Source of the DNA: Narcine bancroftii
Taxonomy: Eukaryota
Assembly: GCF_036971445.1 (NCBI RefSeq)
Contig: NC_091471.1
Location: forward strand, 295,864,001-295,928,000
Length of the DNA stretch: 64,000 nt
Reading direction: 5' to 3'
The translations under genes were made by a program, and so were the position numbers. How positions within the stretch are numbered: position 1 is the stretch's first letter; every line of letters starts with the position of its first letter. Positions 49,000-62,213 of the stretch are shown piece after piece. The notes under the pieces are model-generated. The model searched no databases. It saw only the letters and a program-made list of their open reading frames with translations, and was not told the DNA's origin.

Positions 49000-49660
49000 T
49001 ACAGATCCTGGAGAGTGAGTTACAGGTTGGGATTCAAGGGAACTGTTGCCATGCAGGTTGAGAGAATTAATAAGATTTATGATACGCTGGTTGCCATTAG
49101 ACAAGGGATTGAGTTCAAGAGCCATAAGGTAATATTGCAACTCTATAAAACTCTAGTTAGACCACACTTGGAATATTGTGTTCAGTTTTGGTCACCTCAC
49201 ACCAGGAAGAATGTGGAAGCTTTGGAGAGGGGTTAGAGGAGATTTACCAGGATGTTGCCTGGATTGGAGACTTGTTTTATGAGGTAAGGTGAACAGGGTT
49301 AGGGCTTTTCTCTTTGGAGCAAAGAAGCACGAGAGGTGACTTAGTGGAGGTATACAAGATTGAGAGGCATCGGAAGGGTGAAGCGTCAGCACCTTTTTCC
49401 TGTGGCGAGAGCAGAGGATATTTTCACAAGATGGGGGGATGAAAGTTTAGGGGAGATATGAGGGTTAAGTATTTTTACACAGAGTAGTGGGTGTCCGGAA
49501 TGCATTGCCAGGGGTGGTGTTACGATTGGGACATTTGAAAGATTTAGGCACATTGATATAAGAAAACTAGAGGGTTATGAATGTGAAGAAGGGAAGCTTT
49601 AGATCGTTGAGTAGGTTTATATAGATCAGCACAACATCATGGGCTGAAAGGCCTGCACTG
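49000..49660 (+). mobile_element. CR1 LINE 3' fragment
   Basis: LYKTLVRPHLEYCVQFWSPH. Confidence 0.85.
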
Positions 49661-50886
49661 TGATTTTTTTTTAATAACGTACCTGGGATTGTCCCTCAAA
49701 TGTGTTTCCATTTGTAACTTGGCCAAGAGATACCAATGATGTACAAGGCAAAAACTAATGTCCAGTTGCGAGTCATGTTTAAATATCCAAATCAATAACT
49801 CCTTTGGAAATCCTCCTGGCACTCATAAATTTAAATAATATACACGAGAAAATTAACAGGATTCAATATATTCCATAGTATCATACATACCATATATATA
49901 TAAATATATATATAAGTATTACACAATTGCACTCACCAAGGTACTGACATTTGGAATATGATATCACAACTTATTTAATCAAGTCTGGGAGACAATTACA
50001 AGGCAGGAGGAGCACTGTTTCATTCCAGTCAATGCACAGGGTGTCTGGGCTTCAGGGACTGAACCCCTGGACCCCTCTGACAGACATCTAGTTGACCCCT
50101 TGAGGTCTCAGCTGATGGATCTATGCTTCCCAGGACTTGTGAAATGCATAAATGTAACCTGCCTGATCTGCCAATTGAGGGAAGTCACAAACTCCCAGAG
50201 CAAACCCCTTGCCCACTTTCATGGTCCTCATCCAAAAGGCAGAGATCGGAACAACCAACTGCAGATTTCTCTGGATTTGAGCTTCAAATCTCAGTGTATG
50301 GTATGGCCCCATTGGGTACAGTGGCCTTTGAGTGAACCCTGGCTGGATGTATACATGCCTACTTACCACTACAGCCGTCCTTCTAAGGCACCCATCACAA
50401 CCAGATGGAATCCACCCATTAACCTGAAAGGATGATTCCTGAATGGCACTGTCCCAGCCTCCATCTGCAATACCTTTTATAGTAAATGAAGGTGTTTAAA
50501 AAATACACTGTGTGTTTAATGATGCCCTTTTGTCAGAATTGTCCTAGAGTTTCCAACTCAATCCTGTTATGTGGGTAACTCCCATCTCCTCGGAAGCAGC
50601 TCATTCTAGTGTTGAGTTTCAAATTTTGAGGTGATTTGTTTTTAAAAAAATAATACACAATGGATGATGAACTGCCACATGTAGCTGCCATTTATCGAAA
50701 TATACATTGTACAGTTTTGAACTCTCTCCACCGACAGGTTGACATCTGGATACAGGCCACGTCCTCGACCAGTCCCATGGCCTTAATTGCGCGACAACAA
50801 CAGCTTTCACTGTTCACATCTGAACTGTGCCTGAATCACTCATGAGCAAAGTCATTTCCCTAGTTCCCTGCACCTGGTGACCTTTG

Positions 50887-51054
50887 TTACTTGGTGCTTT
50901 CCACCTTAGGGACACCATCCACCTTCTCGCTGGCACTGACCTCTGGTTCCCACAGCAGGAATTCATGAAGGAGGGTGTTTACAGTCTCAGGACACTCCAT
51001 CATCACCATGTGGCTCCCCTCTTCGATCACTTTCAGGAAGGCAATAAGCAGGAT
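50887..51054 (-). CDS. ABHD8: ABHD8 last exon
   Basis: [55 protein letters not shown]. Confidence 0.93.
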   Translation of the reverse strand: MLLIAFLKVIEEGSHMVMMECPETVNTLLHEFLLWEPEVSASEKVDGVPKVESTK

Positions 51055-54000
51055 CTGAATGGGAAAGGTAGAAGCAATGAGTTAACCTCTGCATTTATTT
51101 GGCACTTTGTCTCCTTAGCTGGGTCCAGGCCTCTAAATCTCAGCGATGTGGCTTTGTCAGACCCCCATACTCAACATTGAACCATTCACACTGACCAGTG
51201 GAATGCTCAGAGGCCCAGACAAGTCCCCTGATCAGTATCGCAAACTGGTGATCCAATCATCTCCTCCCTTTAGCTGTGGGATCTTGCTGTGTTCCCATGT
51301 CAGATTTCCAACTGCAATGCTGAAATACTCAAGATCCCTCTCATAACTGGGAATGGGGAGGTGAATGGGACGATTCCTGTCTGAGTTTGCCAGAGCTCCA
51401 ACTTGGGCTCAGGGCCACATCCAAGCCCCCCCCCCTCCATCTTGGGCTGAGGACTATACTTAAACTCCCCCCCTCCGGCCCCATCTTGGTCTCAGGACCC
51501 CCCCAACCCAGCAGCACTGGTACCTCAGCCATGCGCTGATCCTCGTCCACGGGGACAAACTTATCATGTAGTCCATGCACCAGCAGCACTGGCACGGTCA
51601 GCTCAGCGTGGTAAACCTCATCTCCCTCCGGCCAGTATTGGCCACTCATCATGGCCCGCAGCACGAAGGAAGTCACCTTGAAAGCATTGCCATCCTTGAG
51701 CAGTTGCTTCTCCTTGGCCCCCTGACGGGCAAACGCCGCCCTGAAAAAAAACACCAGGCTGGCAATGAACACGCACCCAGCACCGTTCTACAACCTGGCA
51801 CAGCACCCACCTTCCTACAGAACTGAGGGTGTACAGTCCAGGACTGACTAACCATTTCACCACAGTTGCAGGGAGAGGGCTGACTGACTATTTCACTGCA
51901 GTTGCAGGCACAGTACTGACTGGCTATTGAACTACAGTCTCAGGAAGACTGTACTGGCTGGCTGTTTTCAGGAAGTCTGTACTGAATTGCAGTCCAGGAA
52001 CATAAGAAATAGGAGCAGGAGTAGGCCATCTGGCCCATCAAGTCTGCTCTGCCATTCAATAAGGTTACAGTTGATCTGGATGTGGACTCAGCTCCACCTG
52101 TCCCCTCATACACTTTTCATATTCTTCGAAAATCTAACTGTCTTAAATGTAATTAAGAGTCAGTGTCTAGTACTTCCTTGGGCAGAGAATTCCACAGATT
52201 CACTCCTCTGGGAAAAGCAGTTCTTCCTCATCTCCATCTTCTCCCTGAATCTTGAAGCTTTGTATCTCATTTATCAATGGAAACAACTTTCCTGCTGCTT
52301 TATCATACATTCCTTACATAATTATGAATGTTCCTATAAGATCCACCCTCATCCTTCTTAACTCCAATGAGTATAGCCCCAGGGCATACATTCTGTCCTC
52401 ATAAGCTAGCCCCTTCATCTTCAGAATCAACCTCCTCTGCACCATTTTTAAAGTTATCCTTTCGCAAGTCAGGAGACCAGAACTGCAAGAAGTTCTCCAG
52501 GTGTGGCCTTAGCAGAACCCTGTACAGTTTCAGCAAAACCTCCCTGCTCTTAAATTCAATCCCTCTGACAATGGCCAATTTGCTCTTTTGATGAACCGTT
52601 ACACCTGCAAACTAACCTTTTAGTTAGTTATGAATCCTAAACATAATCTTTCTACCTTGAGTTGGGGGACCATTTCAAAAGTTACTCTCAGTTGTTCATT
52701 GTTAATTCGTTTGAAAAGTGCCTGAGATCAGAAGAAGAGTCCATCTAACTTGCACCACATTTCTGTTTTCTGCTGATAAATGTTCATTCTCCATGCTACC
52801 CAGTTCCCCAGCATATCCTGCACCCATACTTGTCCTTACTTGAGGAAGCTCCAGACCAGACAAGGTGAGAGGCAGTGCAGCACACAGGTGGGCAGGTTGA
52901 AGATGGAGCAGAGGCTTGGCTCCAGAGCTGTTGGTCCTCCACCGTTGATCATCACCACCTTGTGGACTTGGTCAGGATATTCATGAGCCAGGAATGTGCA
53001 GAAGGAAACACTGTGCAAGAAATAGCTCAGATGAAGTGCTGGGCAAATTCCAGCAGGCCCCAACTCCCTCCCAATCACAATGTTCCCCACCAGTGTCAGC
53101 CTTAGTCAAGACCTCTCCCCTCACCTGTCTCCACTTTGTGTGTGGTCCCTGTCCCAGGAGGAGGGGCTGCCCTGCCCTGAATAGAAACACTGGAGACTTC
53201 AGGACAAAATTACCAGCACTAATGATTTTGGATGGAAACAGACCATTCTCTCCATTGTTCATGTGCAATCATAGAATTCCCCCATCCAACCCCACGCTTC
53301 CACACTGTCTGTATTCCTTTCAGACAGGCCTAGCTAATATTTAAATGTGGGGAGGGTCTCTGTCACTCCCTCTCTCAGGCATTAAGCTCCATCCACTAGG
53401 GGAAAACCACTTCCTTCATCTCCCGATCCCTCTCTTGAAATTTGTGACCCTTCCTATTTTGCCCACTTGCACACCTCATAATTTTATACACCTCCCCTCA
53501 GCTTCCTCTATTCCAAGGAAAACTGCCTGCCTCGCAATCCTCACAACTACAGTGCCATCCATAATGTTTGGGACAGACACTTTCTTGCCTTTATTTGCCA
53601 CCCCCCCCCCCCCATTTTTGTTTGAATGCCTGCTGGCATTCACTTATACCTTGATGAAGGGCTCAAGCCCGAAACGTCGGTTCTGTATTTCTACCTTTAC
53701 AACATAAAGGGCCCTGTTTGACCTGCTGAGCTTCTCCAGCATTTTGTGTTGTTTTTTTTTTACGTTGACCTACAGATTTTCATGATTTACTTATTTGTAT
53801 ACATTTTGGTTCGACTGCAGAAGTTACAGCACTTTTTTATACATAATCCCCTCATTTCAAGGCACCATAATGTTTGGGACATTTGACTTCACAGGTATTT
53901 GTAGGTACTCGGGTATGTTTAATTGCTTCATTGGTGCAGGTATAAGAGAGCTAGGCTTGCTTCTAAGCTTTAGATCACCTTTGGAATCTGTTGTTGCCAT

Positions 54001-57000
54001 TTTTCAACATGAGGATCAGAGTTGTGGCAGTGAAAGTCAAAGAAACCATAATGAGGCTGAAAAACAAGAATAAAACAGTAAGAGACATTGCCCAAACCTT
54101 AGGATTACCATAATCAACAGTTTAGAGCATCATTAAGAATAAAGAGTATATTGGTGAGCTCCGTAATCTCAAAAGGGACTGGTCTTCCAAGGAAATCCTC
54201 CAATGCTGATGACTGAAGAATTCTCACCATAGTGAAGAAAAATCCACAAACCTATGTCCGACAAATCAGAAACACTCTTCAGGAGGCATTATGGGTTATA
54301 GACTACAGGCATGTAACAGCACAATCAGAAATTTTGCCGCTACACGCGCAGTCAAAAAAGGAATGTGCAGGAATTCCTGCACCACGGTTTATCCCTGAGG
54401 ACCCTGACAACTTATTGGAGGAAACCTGCAGTGTAAATCATACCAGAAAAAATTTGTTGTTGATCATTCACTCCACTGCATGTCCAACCATTAGGATTGT
54501 TGCACTCATGTATTTGCAGTCTTAAAAAAAGGCACCCAGTGTTAATGACCACATGGGCAGTAACTATATTGATTTTTTCAGTGGTTTTCCCGACATTCTT
54601 TTTTTTCTTTGGCTTTTCTTTGGCTTGGCTTCGCGGACGAAGATTTATGGAGGGGGTAAAAGTCCACGTCAGCTGCAGGCTCGTTTGTGGCTGACAAGTC
54701 CGATGCGGGACAGGCAGACACCGTTGCAGCGGCTGCAGGGGAAAATTGGTTGGTTGGGGTTGGGTGTTGGGTTTTTCCTCCTTTGCCTTTTGTCAGTGAG
54801 GTTGGCTCTGCGGTCTTCTTCAAAGGAGGTTGCTGCTTGCCAAACTGTGAGGCGCCAAGATGCACGGTTTGAGGCGATATCAGCCCACTGGCGGTAGTCA
54901 ATGTGGCAGGCACCAAGAGATTTCTTTAGGCAGTCCTTGTACCTTTTCTTTGGTGCACCTCTGTCACGGTGGCCAGTGGAGAGCTCGCCATATAACACGA
55001 TCTTGGGAAGGCGATGGTCCTCCATTCTGGAGACGTGACCCACCCAGCGCAGCTGGATCTTCAGCAGCGTGGACTCGATGCTGTCGACCTCTGCCATCTC
55101 GAGTACTTCGACGTTAGGGATGAAAGCGCTCCAATGGATGTTGAGGATGGAGCGGAGACAACGCTGGTGGAAGCGTTCTAGGAGCCGTAGTTGATGCCGG
55201 TAGAGGACCCATGATTTGGAGCCGAACAGGAGTGTGGGTATGACGACGGCTCTGTATACGCTTATCTTTGTGAGGTTTTTCAGTTGGTTGTTTTTCCAGA
55301 CTCTTTTGTGTAGTCTTCCAAAGGCGCTATTTGCCTTGGCGAGTCTGTTGTCTATCTCATTGTCGATCCTTGCAACTGGTTGACCATTTTGAGTTTTGTG
55401 TGCCCGATGGAGATGTGGGGGGGCTGGTAATCATGGTGGGGAGCTGGCTGATGGAGGACCTCAGTTTTCTTCAGGCTGACTTCCAGGCCAAACATTTTGG
55501 CAGTTTCCGCAAAGCAGTACGTCAAGCGCTGAAGAGCTGGCTCTGAATGGGCAACTAAAGCAGCATCGTCTGCAAAGAGTAGTTCACGGACAAGTTTCTC
55601 TTGTGTCTTGGTGTGAGCTTGCAGGCGCCTCAGATTGAAGAGACTGCCATCCGTGCAGTACCGGATGTAAACAGCGACTTCATTGTTGGGGTCTTTCATG
55701 GCTTGGTTCAGTCTCAAAAAAAACATTATTGACGTATCTGCACCTTCCTCCTGAAGATTGTTTCTGATTAGCTGGATATACGTTTGTGGATTTTTCTTTA
55801 TTATGATGAGAATTCTTCTGTCATCACCAATGAAGGTTTTCCTTGGTATACCTGCCCCTTTACTGAGCTCACTAGCACACCCTTTCTTCTTAATGATGTT
55901 CCAAACAATTGACTTTGGAAATCCTAAGCTTTGTGAGGTCTTTTTACTGTTTTATACTTGTTTTGCAGCCTCATAATAGCCTCTTTAACTTTCATTGGTA
56001 CAACTCTAGTCTTCATGTTGCAAAATAGCAACTACAGTCTACAAAGGTGATCAAACGCATAGAAGCAATCCTATCTCTCTTATACCTGCACCAATGAAGC
56101 AATTAAACATACCTGAGTACTCACAAACACCTTTGAAGTCAGATATTCCAAATGTGATGGTGCCCTGAAATAAGGGGATTATGTAAAAAAACCTTGAATA
56201 AAATCTGGAATGTGCCCTTTAATTCCCTGTGAATTGTTTGATTACAAATATAAAACTGTGGAGCACAGGGGCAAATAAGGGAAAACTGTGTCTGTCCTAA
56301 ACATTATGGAGGACACTACAATGTTCACAAGGTTTAGCTGCCACGTGGGGCATTAGGATCTCCTGTTCATTGGTGTTCCCTTGCCTTCACTCAAACAGGT
56401 TATCTACTGTTTGTAGGATCTTGTTGTGCACTTACTGGCAAATGTATTTCCCAAATAACAACCAGGGATAATTTTGGAGGCATGAGGCTGCAGATGCTGA
56501 AATTGGAGCAAAAAATACAAACTCCTGGAGGAACTTAGCGAGGTGAACACTATCAGTGGAGGAAGAGCTTTGATCTTTGTCTTCTCAACATGGCTTTTCT
56601 ACCACTATCAACTAAGCACTCACCCGCATATCCTCCATTACCTGCACATATTCCCTGGCCCCCTCCACCCCCACATGCAACAAACACAGGATTCCTCTTC
56701 TCCTAACCTACCACCCCACCAGCCTCCTCATCCAACACATCCTTCTCTGCCATTTCCACCACCTACTACATGATCCCATCACTAGTCACATTCCCCTCTC
56801 TGTCTTCCACAGGGGATGCTCTCTCCATGACTCTCTTATCCATTCCTCCCTCCCCACCAATCATCCCCTTGGGACCAACCCCTTTGACCACAGGAGATGC
56901 TCCATTGGTGCCCACATCTCCTCCCTCAATACCATTTTGGGCCCTAAAGAATTCTTCTAAGTGAAGCAACATCTCACTTGTGAATCTGCAGGGGTCACCT

Positions 57001-59475
57001 ACTGCATCCGGTGCTCCCACTGTGGTCTCCTCTACATCAGAGAGGCTGGACACAGACTGGGAGATCACTTTGGCTCTGTCTGCTGCAATAGCGTGGATCT
57101 CCAAGTGGCCACCCATATCAATTCTCCATCCCTTTCCCTTGCTGACGTGTCTGCATGGTCTCATAATGCCAGACTGAGACCACCCGTAAATTGGAGGAAC
57201 AACACCTCATCTTCTGATTGGGCCCCCTCCAATCGTATGGCATTATTATCCACTTCTCTGGCTTTTATTAAACCCGCCCCCCCCCCCCTTACCCGTTATC
57301 TCTCCTTTCACACAGACATGATAAATTCCACCTGGTCCCTTATCACATCCAATTAACACCTTTTGTTGGTCTGGTTTCCTCCGCTTTTTCTGATTTTTCC
57401 TTGAATAAAGGCTTAGACCCAAAATGTCAGCAATATATCTTTGTCTCCTATAGATGCTGTATAGCCTGAATTCCTCCAGTATTTTGGTGTATTAACTACA
57501 ATAACAGTGTCTGCAGCTAATAGTGTTTCTCTTATCCAGAAAAAAACAAATATCCCTGCAGCATTTGTTTCTTGCTCTGTTTATTTTTCATTGGTTCCAA
57601 ATCACTTGGGATGTCCTACTCAGAAAATGAGAGCAGAATAATACACCCATCTTTCTTTTTGTTACATCCAAAAGGGCTCCATGCTGATTCACTTGCCCCA
57701 GAGCTTCATCTCTCCCAGGGCCTTCTCCTGAGGACAAACCTCGCCCTTCCCCACCTGTAGGTTTTTAGACTCCTATTAATTGCCCACTTTGTCCTGCTCA
57801 AGCCCCGGTGCCATCGCAAATTATTGGTCATCAGCTGAAGGGCACATCCAATGAGAAATGGTCTCTGAAAGCAGATCCCTGAAGGTCCTCAGCCGGGAGT
57901 GACCAATGAGAAGGGGCCTGGTTGTGGATCCCTGAGGATCCTGAACACTTCAGAGATAATTTTGTTCAGAAACATTTTAAAATCCAAAGGGACAAGAAGT
58001 GGATGGTGTTCGGCAATGTTTGAAAGGTTGCAGCTTTCAACTATTTTATTTTTATTCATTTTTGGGTCATTGGTGTGGGGCTTTTATCGTCAGAGATACA
58101 GGCCCTTCAGCCCATCATCTGAATGGTTGGAAAGAGAATCCCAAAGCAATGTGAAACACAAAAGCTACCATACTGGTACCTTGAGCTGACAAAGAATTGG
58201 TGGAGACACTTGGCAGGTGAGACACCAACCCTAGGCAGAAATGGTCAGTCAATGTTCAGGTTGGAACCCTTCATGACATTCTCCTCCACTCTTCCATCTC
58301 TCCTCTATTCCCCCCCCCCCCCCGCTGCTCACTCCACCTCCCGTTTCCACTGCTCCTCCCCATTCCTCCCTCTCTCCTCCACTCCTCCTCTATTCCTCCA
58401 CTCCCCCTACTCCTTCTCTATTCCTCCCTCTCCTCCACTTCTCCCTCTCTCCTCCACTCCCCCCTCTACTCCTCCCCATTCCTTCTCCACTCCCCTCTAC
58501 TTCTCCCTCTCTCCACTCCCTCCTCCTTCACTCGTCCCCCTCTCCTCCTTCCTCTTAACCCCCTGGTGATCACACAGAAGCAGTTTGATTGAGGCAGACG
58601 ATCAGATGAGGTACAGCCCTTGGGATGACCAGCGGCTGTGAAATGTGATCCTTGCCTCACAGGACCCGATACACGGGGCAGCAGCTTGCATGAGCCCCCC
58701 ACCCCCCTCTCCATCGACCGGTCTGGAACACCTACCCGTAGGAATGTCCGATCAGGACGTTGCGCTTCTTGCCGTAGCGTTTGAAGATGGCCCTCATGTC
58801 CTCTCGAAGAGCGTAGAAAGTGTAGGCGGCGCCTACCTTGGGTGCCGAGCTGGAGCCATGCCCTGCTAAGTCTGGGGCCACCACCTCGTAACCCAGCTTT
58901 CCGAAGAAGTCCAGCTGCTCTCTCCAGATGTCGAGGGAGCCTCCAACGCCATGGATGAAGAAGAGGGCCACGTCCGAGTGTGTGCCCTTGCAGCTGCTGA
59001 TCTGCTTCTTGCAATCGATCATCACTGTCTTCTTGGGCTTACGACGGCGCCTCTTTGTGTGGCCGTGCTCGGATGGCGTGCCCTCGCCAGGGGTGCAGGG
59101 AGGTGCTGCAGGGCTGTGCCCGTCCGACAGCTCGATCTCCAGCGTACGGCTCGGCTCGCTGCACCCGTTGCGACACTGCAGGATGTCAGAGCGCACCACG
59201 TCGCCCAGGTTCTCGATCACCACCTGTCCGCCGCGGTACACGTTGATCCTCCGTCTACAGTGCACCAGGCCCCGGGGCGAGTGCTCCTTCTCGCCGTCCC
59301 CCGCCTGCTCCTCCGTCCGGCTCGGCACCACGTGCCGGACCCGCAGCACACGGCCCGGCTTCACCTCCACGTACTCGTAGCCGTCGCTGGACTCCACGCT
59401 GTCGATGGCCCCCACCACGTTCAGGGAGCGGCCGGTGATGCAGCACAGGATGCCCTCAGTGATGCTGGTCAGCAT
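50887..59475 (-). CDS. ABHD8: Abhydrolase domain-containing protein 8, about 431 aa
   Basis: Coding exons 58736-59475, 52840-53010, 51524-51740, 50887-51054 join in phase; [33 protein letters not shown], nucleophile motif [37 protein letters not shown]. Confidence 0.96.
51524..51740 (-). CDS. ABHD8: ABHD8 coding exon 3
   Basis: [15 protein letters not shown]...[38 protein letters not shown]. Confidence 0.95.
52840..53010 (-). CDS. ABHD8: ABHD8 coding exon 2
   Basis: [56 protein letters not shown]. Confidence 0.95.
53648..53681 (+). ncRNA. Minimal hammerhead-ribozyme-like motif within a Penelope-associated short repeat
   Basis: ACC-TTGATGA-A-GGGC-TCAA-GCCC-GAAA-CG-TC-GGT fits the minimal type I HHR layout; core has U in place of the canonical C3. 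Confidence 0.5.
54595..55712 (-). mobile_element. RTE-clade (BovB-like) LINE 3' fragment
   Basis: [60 protein letters not shown]; short-repeat/A-rich tail; small internal deletion near 55375. Confidence 0.92.
56575..57360 (+). mobile_element. Penelope-like element fragment (GIY-YIG endonuclease remnant)
   Basis: [34 protein letters not shown]. Confidence 0.8.
58278..58560. repeat. Polypyrimidine (CT-rich) low-complexity tract
   Basis: About 280 bp of ctcctccact-like units. Confidence 0.85.
58736..59475 (-). CDS. ABHD8: ABHD8 first coding exon
   Basis: [15 protein letters not shown]...[20 protein letters not shown]...[10 protein letters not shown]|gtagg. Confidence 0.95.
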
Positions 59476-59554
59476 GCTGGGCCTGGGGATGGGGTTAGAG
59501 CGGTCAGGCAGGCTCATTCAGCTCCCCTCTCTCCCCGCACCTGACGGAACACCA

Positions 59555-60005
59555 GATACCCCCACAATAATCCCCACAGTGAATCCCAAAGTCCTCCCAT
59601 CCTGACTCCAACATTGATGCCCCATACCGACTGCCACACCGCCCCCAACACTGATCCCCCACATCAACTCCACTGACCCCCAACATGATCCCCGACACTG
59701 ATCCCGCACATCGACTCCACTAACCCCCAACATGATCCCCCACACTGATCCCCCCATACCGACTCCCACACCAACCCAAACAGATCCGCACACTGACCTC
59801 ATTGACCCCCAACATGATCCCCCACACTCAACCCCACTTTGACCCAACAGACTCAACCCCAATTTGACCCAACACTGACCCCAAATCAATCCCATCGCAC
59901 TGACCCCACACATTCCACCCCCACACTGACCCAACCCTCACACTGAACTCCACATTGATGCCACCCTACCCTGATCCCCACCACACACTGACCCCACCTT
60001 CACCC
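59555..60005. repeat. C-rich degenerate minisatellite (cactgacccc / catgatcccc units)
   Basis: Repeated 10-13-nt units directly visible. Confidence 0.8.
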
Positions 60006-61991
60006 ATCCACTAGGGAAAACACACTCGTCAGCGTGTTTCCCCTCACCTGGACATATTCTCACCTCACCACCCCCATGACCCTCCCCCCATCATGTTCAG
60101 GGAGACACTGAGTAGCCTGGATAACATTCGTTGGTGAAGGATATAATAAAATAACTGGACAATATCCATGCGCCTGGCCATTTCTTCTTAAATGACAGCT
60201 TCCAGCGTCATCACCATTATAGATTTTCATCTAACTGGCCAATAGTGACTTGCCCCCCTCTTTTTTTAAGGGTACATTTGCTTCCAGTCCACCAACACCT
60301 CCCCAGGTTCCAGAGAATTTTGATAAATGATCACAAATGCCTCTACTATGACCGCTGCCATTTCTTTCAGGCCTCTGGGATGCATTCCAAATGGTCCAGG
60401 AGACATATCTACCTGGAGGCCCACTAGTTTGCCCAGTACTGTCTTTTTGGTGATAGTCGTCACCTTCTGAACGTCATTCTGACAATCTTTATAAAGCATA
60501 CCTCCTTACAAGTGGCTCGTTTAGTAACTAAGTTGAAATGCCTGGAGAAATTTACTTGCATTGGGGATATTGCACCTACCTCAGGGGCAGCCAGGGCCTC
60601 GATCTATCCAAATGATGCCACCTCTGACACAGCAGCCCTCTGCCAGTGAGGTTCGAAATGACCAGCTGCCTCGGCTACAACAGCGACTGCACTTCCAAGC
60701 CTGGCCGTCCGAGGACCTGAGTAGAGGAGAGAGTAAGAATGTTAGTCTGGTTCTCATTAACAAGTGGCCTGGCCCCAATACACAAGAGTCCGATCACAGC
60801 CACAAGAAGTGTTTTATAACGTGGTCAGAGTGGAGAACCTGGCGCCTCTGCCCCCTCCACCATTCCCTCATACAGCATTGAAATGGTCCTTCGGCCCTAC
60901 TAGTCCATGCTGACATTCAGAGCTAGTCCCGTTGGTCTGCATTCACTCCACATCCTATTAAACCAATTTTATCCACAAATCTGTCCACGTTTTCCGTCAG
61001 GTTTGAAGGGCCCAGGTCCGAAACGTTGGTCACCCTTTACTGCCTCTCGATACTGGAAACCTGCTGAGTTTCTCCAGCACGTTTGCGTATTCTATGTGTC
61101 ACATTACATTGCACATTGGGACCGCTGCGCCGTCCCATCACACACTCCGGGTTCGTCAGGGGGTAAAGCTGCCTTTGCACCCTGCCAGATCCTATTAGCG
61201 TGCCCTGTAGTCAGAGCCATTCCAAAGTCTGGTGGAGACACGCAGGAGACTGCAGATGCAGGAATTTGAAGCCAAATACAATCTGCTGGAGGAAATGAAG
61301 GACGGTGACAGTTTTGTCACCTGGTCAAGGTGCCCTGATGAAAAAGTGCTTTAACAAATGCAGATCGGGGTAATAATCCGTCACCATGGTCTGTCTATTT
61401 TCGGTGCCCAGTTTCAACAGACATGGCCTGGGTGGGAGCGGTTTGAGGAGAGTTTGCACAGATTCGATGTGTCTGTTGAGCAATTAGCTCCAGGTGTCAG
61501 GGTTGCGACAGTCTGGTCACATCCCACCCGCCGGGGCACGCCGAAATTCAATCAGTGACCATAGTTGACGCATTTAATATATCAAATCAAACGGTTTTTT
61601 ATAAAATATAAAACAATTCGGATCGTCCCCGATTTGTCACCAAATCCCAAGAGGTTAACTCGATGCCGTTTGTTCCCTATCACCAGTACCAAAATATGAA
61701 ACTACAGAGAATGCACAACGAGTATCGGTGGGAATGGCAACAAATCACTTTGTTCAGAGGTGTAAACTGAAGACGGATGGCGTCTGTAACTGTGCAGAGA
61801 TGGAATTCTAAAATTAATCTTGTTTCAATACACATTAAAAATCCGCGTTATTAGTAAACAGCAAAGATCGACGCATGAAAACGTTGTCCCATTCCCGCGA
61901 AGCAACGCAGTGGACCGATTGTAAATTTGAGAAATACGGTCAATGAATGGAATGGCGCCCGAAACAAATGGTAAAATATAAAATCCTTTAC

Positions 61992-62213
61992 CTCATTCAT
62001 GAAAGCAAGATCCAGGCTGGTAAAGAAATTGCAACCACAAGTTGAAACATTGAAGCAGAGAATTTTGGCCCTCCTGGTTTACATTGTGTCAGTCGGGATT
62101 GCAACCTTCGCTCCAGGTATAAATTGCCGAGGATACTGCCCGTCTCTGTGGCTTGCCCACTGAATCGCTGCTCTCCAGGTCATTTGCAGGATGTCTCCGT
62201 TTGTCCTTGATCG
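61992..62213 (-). other. ABHD8: Putative 5'-UTR exon of ABHD8
   Basis: Strong acceptor cttttccctgcag| and donor GAG|gtaaag on minus strand in non-repetitive sequence; stops in all three frames. Confidence 0.5.

Larger units (their letters stand above)
53550..56318. mobile_element. Composite of two inverted Tc1 left arms (53550-54287 +, 55743-56318 -) enclosing an RTE fragment
   Basis: TA|CAGTGCCATCCATAATGTTTGGGAC and GTCCTAAACATTATGGAGGACAC termini; both arms carry transposase N-terminal remnants ending at KKNPQT...IRN. Confidence 0.8.

Noticed and set aside
56961-57356. GIY-YIG remnant as a functional partner or paralogue of ANKLE1
   Set aside because: It is a decayed Penelope endonuclease; sharing a superfamily with ANKLE1 is coincidental
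58466-59605. Overlapping ORFs on both strands around ABHD8 coding exon 1
   Set aside because: By-products of GC-rich coding sequence with few stops in alternative frames
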